Shown here in pieces: positions 10,530 through 19,664 of a stretch of 64,000 nt of DNA. The position numbers and the translations under genes are program-made. The notes under the pieces are model-generated. The model did no database searches, had not been told where the DNA came from, and saw only the letters and a program-made list of their open reading frames with translations. Within the stretch, counting starts at the first letter, position 1. Every line of letters starts with the position of its first letter. The stretch covers positions 4,107-68,106 of IMG/VR virus record IMGVR_UViG_3300031993_000066; one strand, written 5' to 3'. This stretch comes from a virus.

Positions 10530-10972
10530 CACGGGTCTCCCTCTTCGTAGTCCGGGTACGGCGGCTGGACATACGGCGATTTCTGCATTCCTCTGTGGAA
10601 GTAGTGCCCGCCGTCGCTGCTCTGTACGCTCTCGCTTACGGCTCCCGATACCGGCAAGCTCGCCTCGATTGCAGCTTCCTTCTCCAGCTTGTCCCTGAGC
10701 TTCATCCAGCGGTCTGCCCGCTGGGAGAGGTCGAAGGATGTCCCGTCGTTCTTCCAGTTCGTCTCGTAGCTCAACCTCATGCACACCGCATCCGCGAGCT
10801 GGAACAGCTTCCGCTTCCATCTCGCCGTTGTGCTGAGGATGGCTCCGATCTCTTCGTCCGACAGGTAGCAGCTCTCCGCTTCGCCCTCGACGGCGATGTC
10901 TCCGAGTTCAAACCTTGCGCGGCTCACGCTCTCCGTTGCGATCTCCGCCGGGTTGTAGGTGTATGTCGCCAT
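10529..10972 (-). CDS. Head-tail connector protein
   Basis: TYTYNP...RFELGD...LSDEEI; position after capsid. Confidence 0.7.
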   Translation of the reverse strand: MATYTYNPAEIATESVSRARFELGDIAVEGEAESCYLSDEEIGAILSTTARWKRKLFQLADAVCMRLSYETNWKNDGTSFDLSQRADRWMKLRDKLEKEAAIEASLPVSGAVSESVQSSDGGHYFHRGMQKSPYVQPPYPDYEEGDP

Positions 10973-10975
10973 TCC

Positions 10976-11254
10976 TTACTTCCCGCCCTTCTTCGCGGGC
11001 TGCTTCTTCGCTGCCGTGGCATCCGCGTTGTTTAACGCCCGTTTATCGCCCTCAGAGCCGTTCTTCCTGCCGGTGCTGGTATTCGTGCCAGTCTCCGCTT
11101 TCGGAGGCTCAGGAGGTGTATCAGGGACGCTCTCGATGGTGCCGTACTTGACGAGCGTCCTCATCCGGCTGCTGTCGACCAGCTCTTCCGGGATTTCGTC
11201 CCCGACGTAGAACTGCCTGCCGCCGAACTTGCACGGCCTCTTTGCCTTGATCAT
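10976..11254 (-). CDS. Small head-region protein
   Basis: Start MIKAKRPCKFGG with AGGGGGA RBS. Confidence 0.6.
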   Translation of the reverse strand: MIKAKRPCKFGGRQFYVGDEIPEELVDSSRMRTLVKYGTIESVPDTPPEPPKAETGTNTSTGRKNGSEGDKRALNNADATAAKKQPAKKGGK

Positions 11255-11435
11255 TGCGCTTCCCCCTTTCTGGAAGAATTGAAAAGTCCCCACTAGTCTC
11301 CCTTTGCACCCATAAGCAAAGGGAGCAGGTGGTCAGTCTGCTCCCTCGCTGTGCATCCGCTCATGGGCGAGGGTGACGCCCTTGCAAGGAGGTGCAACAA
11401 GCGGCTGCGCTTATAGCGCGGGGTAGGTGCGTCTG

Positions 11436-12458
11436 TTAGGCCACGCAGTCCTTCAGGAACACGCCCAGCTCATTGCAGATGATCTTGGGAGTGTAGCTGC
11501 ACAGGCCCTCGATGAACTCGGTGTGAGTGCCGGGTTCGCCCTCCCACTGATCGAACGCGAGGTACTGCCCGTTGCCGAGCATATCCCACGCGAACGTGTA
11601 GCCAGCGGAGGCTTCGTCCACGGACGGGGTCGGGTTGCTGTAGCACAGCAGGGCACTCTTCGGGTTGCAGATGAAGTCCATATCGGTGGTGCCGATAGCG
11701 CCCTTGTTGTAGGTGCTGTTCAGCACGACCACGCGCTCGATCTCCAACAGCTGCGCCAGCACGTTCGTGTTGATGGTCGCGGGGTTGGCGGTGGAGCCGC
11801 TGTACTTCACGCGGTCGAGGATGTCCGGGTTCTGCTTCAGGCCCTCGTAGGCCTCGACGCCCAGCGCCAGCACGTTCGGGCGACGGCGACCTTCCTTCAT
11901 CATCGCGGTGCGCAGCCCGCCGAAGAAGGAGATGGCGTCGAAGTTGGAGTTGTCGAACTGCCAGAACTCGTTCGTGCTGGGGGTGGTGGCCTTGCCAGTC
12001 CACTCGTTCGTCCAGATGCCGCTCTTGAAGTAGGCCTCCGCGAAAATCCTGTCCATGTGGAGCTTCATCTGCTCCGTGGCCAGACGCACCTTCGCCCTGC
12101 GCGGGTCGTTGATGCCGGGGGTGTTGCTGCGGGTGTAATCCTGCGTGGCGATCTGATCGAGACCGATGATGACCTGATCGACCTCGCAGGTGTAGGTATC
12201 GGTGTCGTGCCCGAACACCATCGGCGTCACCTTGCCGAACTCAGGCTTCCGCTGGACGTTGTCGCGGGCCAGGTCGCCCTTGTCGAAGATGTAGTACAGG
12301 CCGGTGCTCAGGCCGACGGGCAGGATGGGGAAGATGAACGGGCTGACAAACCAGTCATCCGGCTGGAACTGCGCCACGCTCATGTTGGTGAGGTACATAT
12401 TCGGCTTCCATCCGTTGCTGATGCTCTTGGCGATGGAAGCAGTGCTCTTCGCTCTCAT
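11436..12458 (-). CDS. Major capsid protein
   Basis: 340 aa after scaffold/cement; YLTNMSVA, RPNVLALG motifs; biased codon use. Confidence 0.88.
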   Translation of the reverse strand: MRAKSTASIAKSISNGWKPNMYLTNMSVAQFQPDDWFVSPFIFPILPVGLSTGLYYIFDKGDLARDNVQRKPEFGKVTPMVFGHDTDTYTCEVDQVIIGLDQIATQDYTRSNTPGINDPRRAKVRLATEQMKLHMDRIFAEAYFKSGIWTNEWTGKATTPSTNEFWQFDNSNFDAISFFGGLRTAMMKEGRRRPNVLALGVEAYEGLKQNPDILDRVKYSGSTANPATINTNVLAQLLEIERVVVLNSTYNKGAIGTTDMDFICNPKSALLCYSNPTPSVDEASAGYTFAWDMLGNGQYLAFDQWEGEPGTHTEFIEGLCSYTPKIICNELGVFLKDCVA

Positions 12459-12487
12459 GTTGTTCTATTCTCCTTTCTCCGCTGCTC

Positions 12488-12883
12488 TTAGGAAGCAGGT
12501 ACGATCAGGGTGTGCATGATGAACACCTCAACCGGCTTGCCGCTGGCGGCATCCGCGAGGGCCACGGCCAGCACCTGCAGGCCGGCAGTCGCCTTTTTTA
12601 GGGTGCCGTCGGTGTGCGCCATCAGAACGTCGCCGCGCTTGATGGTTTCGCCCGCAATGCCGAGGCAGATGTCCTTGATCTGGATGTTCACGCGGCCACC
12701 GGCTGCGATGTCCGCCGAATCCGCCAGCACGATGCCGATGGCAAGGTCGCCGGAGTTGGCGGGCAGGATGACCTTGCCGCTGCTGTTGAGCGCCACGGCC
12801 TTCATCGCCGGAGCGGTCAGCGCGGCGTTCGCCTCACCGTAGATGGTAGGGGACTGATTGATTGCATGGGTCAGGTAGCTCAT
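12488..12883 (-). CDS. Capsid cement/decoration protein (DUF2190-like)
   Basis: 131 aa Ala/Gly-rich, AGETIKRGD...AVALADA; upstream of capsid. Confidence 0.75.
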   Translation of the reverse strand: MSYLTHAINQSPTIYGEANAALTAPAMKAVALNSSGKVILPANSGDLAIGIVLADSADIAAGGRVNIQIKDICLGIAGETIKRGDVLMAHTDGTLKKATAGLQVLAVALADAASGKPVEVFIMHTLIVPAS

Positions 12884-12907
12884 ATTCTTTCTCCCTTCCG
12901 CCGCTTC

Positions 12908-14089
12908 TTACTTGCGGCTCTTCTCGTAGGCTTCGAGCAGGTCGGGATGGTCGATGCAGGCCTTGTCGATGGCCTGCGCGTAGGTCATCCCGCTGTTGCT
13001 CTTGACGATTTCCTGCGCGGCGACCTCGATCTTGCCCCACGCATCGTCGGTTTCGCTGCCGCCGTTGCCGCGCTTGCCGATCTCGCCGAACACACCGCTC
13101 TTCTCGACGGTCTGCACGGCGCTGTCCAGCACGGCGATCATGTCCGCGTAAGCGGTGCCGCCAGCGGCTTTCAGGCCTTTCAGCACCGGGGCCAGCTCTT
13201 CCGGCTTCTTCCCGATGATGGTGTAGCGCTTCGCTACCTCCATGATCTCACGCTCTTCCGCGTCTTCGCGGAATTTGCGCAGGGTCTCGATCTCCGCCTT
13301 GACAGCGGGGTTCAGGCCCTTGTAGATGTCATCGCCGCCGGGTTCCTCCGTGGTGTCCACGGCGTTGGCCTGCGCCTGCTGCGCGGTGGCCTGCTGCTCT
13401 TCCTCAGCCACGCCGTAACGCTTCTGCAGGTCTTCGAGCTGCGTCCGCTCTTCCGGGGTCATGGATTCCGTATTGAATTTCATGTCAATCTCTACTCCTT
13501 CCTGATGGGTCTTCTCCACCGTGTCGGTGGTGTCTGCCGGGGTCTGTTCTTCCTGCGCGGATTCCGCCGGAGCTTCGGACGTGGGCTGCTCACCTGCTCC
13601 CTCATTGCCATTTTCGCCCTCTTCGCTCTTGCTGACAGCCGTGCCGTTGAACATCCCGGCTATATCGGTTTTGATCGCTTGCGCGGCCTGATCTGCCGTC
13701 TCGACGATCATACCGGCTTTCTGTTCGTCGGTGAGCTCTTCGTCGCCGACGATGGAGCGGAGGCTGTCGCCCAGCGCATCGCTGATGCGGTATATCCGCT
13801 CAAAGGTCTTTCGTGCGCCGTCGATGGATGCGAATGTCTTCGCTTCCTTCTCCACCTCTTCGTCCCCTTTGGGGGACAGGTGGAACATCTTTGCGACGGC
13901 CTGCCCGATTCGCGCAAAAAAAGCAGTGTCATTGCTGACCTGCTCTTCGATGGTTTCCTGGGCCTCTTCTTCGTCCGCCCTCTTTGCGAGCTTGATGTGT
14001 GCGTGCTGGTTCGCGCCCTGATCTACGACGCTCACGCTCTTGATCTTCAAGTCGCGGAGGACGGTTGGCCCTTTCTTATTCCTGCTCAT
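12908..14089 (-). CDS. Scaffolding protein with N-terminal prohead-protease-like segment
   Basis: N-terminal LRDLKIKSVSVVDQGAN, then acidic helical region. Confidence 0.65.
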   Translation of the reverse strand: MSRNKKGPTVLRDLKIKSVSVVDQGANQHAHIKLAKRADEEEAQETIEEQVSNDTAFFARIGQAVAKMFHLSPKGDEEVEKEAKTFASIDGARKTFERIYRISDALGDSLRSIVGDEELTDEQKAGMIVETADQAAQAIKTDIAGMFNGTAVSKSEEGENGNEGAGEQPTSEAPAESAQEEQTPADTTDTVEKTHQEGVEIDMKFNTESMTPEERTQLEDLQKRYGVAEEEQQATAQQAQANAVDTTEEPGGDDIYKGLNPAVKAEIETLRKFREDAEEREIMEVAKRYTIIGKKPEELAPVLKGLKAAGGTAYADMIAVLDSAVQTVEKSGVFGEIGKRGNGGSETDDAWGKIEVAAQEIVKSNSGMTYAQAIDKACIDHPDLLEAYEKSRK

Positions 14090-14558
14090 CGCCGTTTTCC
14101 TCCGTTTCTCCTACCGGCGTTCGTGTAGCCTCTCCCTCGATGCTGAACATGCTGTAGGTGCCGTCTTTGACCTTCTCCCAAACTGCATCGTCTGTGATTT
14201 TCAGGCCCAGCCACCACCCGCTGGGGAGCGTCCCTTCCGGGATCCCCATCGCTTTCAGCTTGTCCGGCGTGAAGACCACGCTCTCGACGAGTACGCCGAT
14301 GCCTCTCCGCTGGTGCATCTCTCCACCGTCCCGGAAGAACAGCACGTAGTTGTACACCGCGTCCTCCAGTTCTTCGATTTCGAGGATGTCCCGCTGGTAG
14401 TCTTCGACGGTTGTCCCGTCGGCGAGCGCCGCTACCGACGCCCATCCAAAAACCATGTGCCGCTCATCGTCCGCTTTGGCTACGGAAAAGAGCCGCCCTT
14501 TTTCGGGGTCGGCTCTCGGCTGCTGTTGGTAGAATTTCGCAAAGCTATGATCTTTCAT
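14076..14558 (-). CDS. XkdF-like prohead serine protease
   Basis: VFGWASV, GEMH, LVESV, WWLG, VWEKVKDGTYSMFSIEG. Confidence 0.85.
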   Translation of the reverse strand: MKDHSFAKFYQQQPRADPEKGRLFSVAKADDERHMVFGWASVAALADGTTVEDYQRDILEIEELEDAVYNYVLFFRDGGEMHQRRGIGVLVESVVFTPDKLKAMGIPEGTLPSGWWLGLKITDDAVWEKVKDGTYSMFSIEGEATRTPVGETEENGDEQE

Positions 14559-14574
14559 CGCTTCTTCTCCCTTC

Positions 14575-14952
14575 TCAGTTGATGCTCGCCTGCTGTCTGT
14601 ACCAAACGTACACATCGTCAAGGTCGTTCAGCATCTCGCTGACTTCCGTCCGGAGCGACGGCCTGATGCGGGCCTCGAACTGCTCCATCGTCAGCTCTGT
14701 CAGCGTGATGTCCCAATTCAGCTCTTTGGCGCGGAAAACTATCCCGTCGGCCAGGTTCTTTTTCACCTTGCCGGGGAGCAGGTGCCCGCGCTCTGCGCCC
14801 AAATCAAAATAGAACAGGCTGATCTCCCCGTCATCGTTGTCGATGAACGCCTTGATCGCTATGGTTGGTACGGTCTCTTCGTTGTCTCTCAGGTTGAGCT
14901 TCCTTGTGCGGTCTTCGATGTCCACCACATAGGGCTTGCGTCTGTCCAGCAT
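14575..14952 (-). CDS. Hypothetical protein, candidate immunity protein for MuF toxin
   Basis: 125 aa, TAATG-coupled to the MuF fusion stop. Confidence 0.5.
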   Translation of the reverse strand: MLDRRKPYVVDIEDRTRKLNLRDNEETVPTIAIKAFIDNDDGEISLFYFDLGAERGHLLPGKVKKNLADGIVFRAKELNWDITLTELTMEQFEARIRPSLRTEVSEMLNDLDDVYVWYRQQASIN

Positions 14953-17900
14953 TACACCATGCCGCCTCCCACCTTAATCAGAGTTTCCAGCCGGATTCCG
15001 TTGATCTGGGAGATGCCGACTGAGTGCAGCCTGTCGATCAGGGCTTGCCTGTCCTTCGACGGTACGCGCACCTCCGTCAGCGTGTCCATTGGCAGCGTCT
15101 TTCGGAAACACAGCTCATTCCGCTTCTCGTAGTATTTGCTGGTTGCCTTGAAATGAGCTTCCGTTCCCAGCCTGCTGCTGAAATCTCCCATTTCTGTCGT
15201 TCCGAACTTGTCACCAGTATAAGCGAACCAGTCTGTTCTTTCAAGCGCCTTTGTGTCGAACACGAAAACGTAATCCCCGAACCACTTGTACCGGGGTTCG
15301 TTTCCGACCTGATTGTTGAACACGATTCGGGTGAAAACGCTGTCCGCGCCGCCGGTGCCGATGTCGGACATCGAGCTTGCGCCTGACGTAAAGACGCCGC
15401 GCCCGTATCGGTTCGTTGTCGCCAGCAGCTCTCCGCTCGTGAGGACGCTCGCCGCCTTGTTTATATCGTCGCATTCGTGGTAGAGGTAGGCCGCTCCGTA
15501 CTTCTTCGCCAGCGCCACGTTTTCCGGGTCGTACAGTGTCCAGTAGCCCTCCGCGACTTTCCGTACCTGTATGGCGTCAAGCCGCTTTTGCGTGATGCCG
15601 AGCTTCCTCAGCACTCCGTCGATCTGCGCGTCCGTGACCGTCGCCACGTTCAGGCTCGCCGCCTCTGACGGGGCCGTCTGCCAGATGACGCGCATCTTTT
15701 TATAGCGGTCGAGTGCCGCCGCCGTCGCATCGTCGGCGATGTCTGCGATTCCCGCCTGCTGCATGAGGCTCTGTATCTTCCGGGCCGCGTCCGTGCCGTT
15801 GCTGGCCTGCACCCGGATGTTGAACTGGCCCATCAGTGCGCGTCCGCCGTTCTCTGCTCCGCTGCCCGCCACGATGATGATATCGTCGCCCTGCCGGATG
15901 TACTTCGTGCCGAGGCTGAATTTCTGCGTGGTGCTGCTCAGGTTGAGGACCGGCTGCGTGTAGTCGATGGTACCGACGGCTTCGTTCCACCGCCAGTAGC
16001 TGCCGCTGCTCTGCCCGTTCATGTTTTGGAGCGTCTGCTCCCACCGGGTCTGCGTCAGCTTGCCCGACAGCTCGTAGTATTCTTTGCCGTCGATGGTGAC
16101 CTTCCGCAGGTTCGTCTCCAAACCTTCCAGCGCCCTGTCATCGGAGATCAGCGCCACGCCCTTCGGAGTGCTGCCTTTCAGCGTTCCGTCGATGTCCTTC
16201 AGCGCGTCAGAGAGCTGTGTCACGCCGCCGAACTGACCGCCGCCGGTCTGTGTCCCGGCCTTGCGTCCGCGCCGCGTGGCGTACTGCTGATGCGCCCTGT
16301 TGAGCGCCGTCTGGAACACCTGCTGGGACTGTGACGGGTCGCTGATGACGGCGATCAGCTCATCCTTGTGCAGGATGCCGAAGTTCTTGATGCCCTTCGC
16401 CTTTGCCATCGCGTGAAGGTCTGCGAGGCTCAGGCCTTTCAGCGTCGCCGGGGTGATCGTGCTGGTAATCGGTGATGGCTGCGTGAACACTGCCGCCGCT
16501 GCGTTGTCCGCGAACTGGAAGACGGTCTTCGTGCCCTTCCGCTGTGTCAGCAGGTCGGAGTAGAACGTCTCGAAGGTTGCCCGGACATTCTGCTTGCGGA
16601 ACACGATCTGATCGAGCAGGTGCTCCGCCTTTGCGCCCTTGCCGTACAGCGATTCCGCGTAGCTGCGGAATATCTCCCTGTACTCCGCGTCCGGCACGGC
16701 CTCGATGCGCTTGATGTAGGCCAGCGTGTCGTTCAGCTTGATGTCGATCTCGCCGTTGGCGAACCGCCGGTAAAGGGTGTTGTAGACCGGCTCCGTTTCG
16801 TGGTAGATACTGTTCGGGTGGTAGGTCAGGCTCATGGTCTGCGAACCGCTCTGCGACATGTAGCGGAATGCCTGCTCTTTGTCCACGCCGATCAGCTTTC
16901 CATCCTGCGTCAGCACAAAATTCCTGCCGTGGCAGTCGTAGTTGCCGAGCAGCCAGTCGGTGACGTTCTCCCTCTGTAGCTGGGACACGATATCCGGGTC
17001 GAGCGGCCCGCCCGCCTTTTGCCACGCTTCCAGATTGAAGCTCGTATCGAGGTTGGTGATCCTCCGCTGCGCCGCGCCGAACATCTGCCCTTTGCCGGGG
17101 ACGTCCACGTACCCGGTGCCAACCTGCACCGCGCTGTCCGGGTCTACGATGTACTGCAGCTTGTACCCGGCTTCCTGCGCGTAGGCCCGGAACTCTTCCG
17201 TGACGCCGCTCTTACTCTGCGCGGGCTTGAATATGAATTCGTCGCCGCTCTGATCGTCTTCGACTAGGTGCATCTCGCCTGTTCCTCCGAGATGTAACGG
17301 CTTTTTGTAGTTCATCTCCCCGGTGATGTCGATGCTGTCCGGGATGTCAACGGTGTCCGGGGCCTGCGTCGGCTGCGCCGTCGTGGTGTCCACCCAATTC
17401 GTCGGGGGCAGCACGTTCACGTAGTTCACCGCGCACCTGCACCGGGGGTGCGCCGGGGGAACCAGCACGCCGATTGAGAACGGGACGTCCATCTCCGTTG
17501 TCTCTTTGTCGATCTTCCCGCAAACCTCGCAGACGCGCTCGTCAAAAGCTGTCATCCACTTCTTTTGCGCTCCGCCGATCAGCCCATCCTTGATGCACTG
17601 CTCCATGTAGGCCTGCTGCCCGTAATTGTAGGCGTAGGCCATTTCCGTGATGGCGATGGTCTCCGCCCTTGTGCGATGCAGCCTCTCCGCGTACTTCGCC
17701 TGAATCGCCCGCGCCTCATCCTTTGAGTAGCCGTCTGCGATTGCCTGCTGGTATCGGTTGTAAGCTGCCTGCGCCTGCCGGGTTGTCAGGCCTACCGTGG
17801 GCCGGATGGCCTTTGCCAGCTCTTTCACGTCCATCGTCTCGGAGAAGCTGGCCTGTCGCACGAGCACGTTGATCGCCTTGTACTGCTCTTCGCTGACCTC

Positions 17901-18236
17901 TCGAATCAGCTTCCCGCCCTGCGAGGCAATGAAGCTGTCCATGTAGGGGTAGTTCAGGCTCTTCGCGCCTATCCCGAACAGCGCCTGCATTTCGTGGGCG
18001 CTGCTGTCGATGGCCTGCTGCGCCAGCGGCGCGTAGCCGTTGATAATGAATTTGCTGTAATCCTGCTGCCACTGTGCGAGGTAGCCGGGGTCGAGCTGTC
18101 CGGCGTAAATGGCCTCGCGGATTTCCTTGTACGTGATCGCCTGCTGCTGATTCTTCCACGTCCGCGCCAGCACGGTACAGAGCTTTGGGTTGCTGTAGTC
18201 TATGAAGCCGTTTAAGGTCTGTTTAACGTCCTTCAA
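14952..18236 (-). CDS. MuF/SPP1 gp7 minor head protein fused to kinase-like and ART-like domains
   Basis: RAETIAITE, KKWMTAFDERVCEVC, PPAHPRCRCAV (MuF); LGGTGE/FKP/DWLLGNYDCHGRNF/VDKEQAF (atypical kinase); LYH...VLTSGELL...VFTR...NEL (ART-like). Confidence 0.85.
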   Translation of the reverse strand: MKDVKQTLNGFIDYSNPKLCTVLARTWKNQQQAITYKEIREAIYAGQLDPGYLAQWQQDYSKFIINGYAPLAQQAIDSSAHEMQALFGIGAKSLNYPYMDSFIASQGGKLIREVSEEQYKAINVLVRQASFSETMDVKELAKAIRPTVGLTTRQAQAAYNRYQQAIADGYSKDEARAIQAKYAERLHRTRAETIAITEMAYAYNYGQQAYMEQCIKDGLIGGAQKKWMTAFDERVCEVCGKIDKETTEMDVPFSIGVLVPPAHPRCRCAVNYVNVLPPTNWVDTTTAQPTQAPDTVDIPDSIDITGEMNYKKPLHLGGTGEMHLVEDDQSGDEFIFKPAQSKSGVTEEFRAYAQEAGYKLQYIVDPDSAVQVGTGYVDVPGKGQMFGAAQRRITNLDTSFNLEAWQKAGGPLDPDIVSQLQRENVTDWLLGNYDCHGRNFVLTQDGKLIGVDKEQAFRYMSQSGSQTMSLTYHPNSIYHETEPVYNTLYRRFANGEIDIKLNDTLAYIKRIEAVPDAEYREIFRSYAESLYGKGAKAEHLLDQIVFRKQNVRATFETFYSDLLTQRKGTKTVFQFADNAAAAVFTQPSPITSTITPATLKGLSLADLHAMAKAKGIKNFGILHKDELIAVISDPSQSQQVFQTALNRAHQQYATRRGRKAGTQTGGGQFGGVTQLSDALKDIDGTLKGSTPKGVALISDDRALEGLETNLRKVTIDGKEYYELSGKLTQTRWEQTLQNMNGQSSGSYWRWNEAVGTIDYTQPVLNLSSTTQKFSLGTKYIRQGDDIIIVAGSGAENGGRALMGQFNIRVQASNGTDAARKIQSLMQQAGIADIADDATAAALDRYKKMRVIWQTAPSEAASLNVATVTDAQIDGVLRKLGITQKRLDAIQVRKVAEGYWTLYDPENVALAKKYGAAYLYHECDDINKAASVLTSGELLATTNRYGRGVFTSGASSMSDIGTGGADSVFTRIVFNNQVGNEPRYKWFGDYVFVFDTKALERTDWFAYTGDKFGTTEMGDFSSRLGTEAHFKATSKYYEKRNELCFRKTLPMDTLTEVRVPSKDRQALIDRLHSVGISQINGIRLETLIKVGGGMV

Positions 18237-18253
18237 CTACGCCCCTCCCTTCG

Positions 18254-19663
18254 TTACCGCTCCAGCCGTTTCTTCGCTCTCTCCGCCTGTTTCGCGTCCT
18301 CAGCGTCTTCTTCTTCGATTTCCTCCGCGTCGATGTCTCCGCCGGTCTGCTTTTCCCTTTGGTCGCGCTGCTGCTGCCTCCGAGCGTCCCTGTCGAACTG
18401 CTGCGCTTCCAGACGTTCCGGCAGGTTGCCGGTCTCTCGCACGTAGTCTTCGAGGGCTTCGTCCGGCATGATGACGCCGCACCCGGTCAGCTCTTTGATG
18501 TACGTGCTCAGGTCTTTCAGGTTCGGCGCGTCTGCGCTGCTGTGCGTCAGCGTCGGATATTCGGTGATCCCGCTGAAATGCTCCGCGTTCATCCCGATCA
18601 GCCGGGGAATGCCCTGACTGTTGAACACCTCGCAGATGATGTCGAGGTAGCTGTCCAGCGCCACGCTGAACAGGTCAGTCTTGTCCGCGCTCAGCGCGAA
18701 GCTGCCAACTCCCTGATGGCCCAGCAGCAGGAAATCCGCCATCACGCTCATGGCGATTCGTGTGTCGTACCTCTCGATGATCGCGTTCGTGTCAAACTGC
18801 CGCCTGCCTCCACTGGTGAGCAGCGTGAACTCCCATCCAGCCGGCAGCACCAGTCCCTCCGTCGCGTCGCGGCGCACGTTGCGGACGATTGTCTCCGCCC
18901 GCTGGAATGCCTGCACCATCACCGGGTCATCCTGATTCCAGATGTCCCACGTCTCAGGCGGATGCAGAATCGGCAGGCCTGCGAGGTCTCTTTCCAGCCC
19001 CATGCCCTCGATCTCTTGAATCCTGCGCTTGAAATACCACGAGCGGTAGGCGCTGCGCAGGATGCTCCGCCCTTCCGGGTTGGCTTTCCTGCTCTTCGTG
19101 CGGAAGTGCAGGGCTTTCCCGATGGGAACCGTCGCCATGACGTAGCGCGGGGGAGGGAGCTGCGTCATCCCGGTCAGGTTGTCGTAATCGTCGTACTCCC
19201 AGCGGAAGAGCGTTTCCTGCGCTCTGATCGGGAGTTTCTGCCATCCGATCAGCCCGTCAGTGTACTTGCTTTTCTGTCGGGGGTCGTTCACGTTGCCGGT
19301 GCGCCGCTTGTACACGATTTCGTGGTAGCTCCACCCGAACGGCAGGAAGGACAGAATTTCGCTGATGGTGTCCGTCCACGTGTCCTGCATGTCGTTCATG
19401 CAGCTCTCCACAAACTCCGCGCACTCTCTGTCCTTCGCGCTGTCGCCGCCGGGCTGGATGCTCCAGCTCGTTTTGCGGATGAGCATCTCGATGGTGTACA
19501 GAATCGCTCCGCACACATCGTCGTTTTCGCTCATCTCCCTGTAGACCTCGATGCCGTGCTTGCCCTGCAGCTCTTTGAGGAACTCTTCGGCAAAGATTCC
19601 CGCGTATCGCCTCTGTCCTATGCTGCCATATTCCTTCATGCTCTGCGGCATGTCTCTCTTCAC
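18254..19663 (-). CDS. Portal protein
   Basis: 469 aa after terminase; NPEGRSILRSAY...ERDLAG, GSFALS motifs. Confidence 0.9.
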   Translation of the reverse strand: MKRDMPQSMKEYGSIGQRRYAGIFAEEFLKELQGKHGIEVYREMSENDDVCGAILYTIEMLIRKTSWSIQPGGDSAKDRECAEFVESCMNDMQDTWTDTISEILSFLPFGWSYHEIVYKRRTGNVNDPRQKSKYTDGLIGWQKLPIRAQETLFRWEYDDYDNLTGMTQLPPPRYVMATVPIGKALHFRTKSRKANPEGRSILRSAYRSWYFKRRIQEIEGMGLERDLAGLPILHPPETWDIWNQDDPVMVQAFQRAETIVRNVRRDATEGLVLPAGWEFTLLTSGGRRQFDTNAIIERYDTRIAMSVMADFLLLGHQGVGSFALSADKTDLFSVALDSYLDIICEVFNSQGIPRLIGMNAEHFSGITEYPTLTHSSADAPNLKDLSTYIKELTGCGVIMPDEALEDYVRETGNLPERLEAQQFDRDARRQQQRDQREKQTGGDIDAEEIEEEDAEDAKQAERAKKRLER

Positions 19664-19664
19664 C

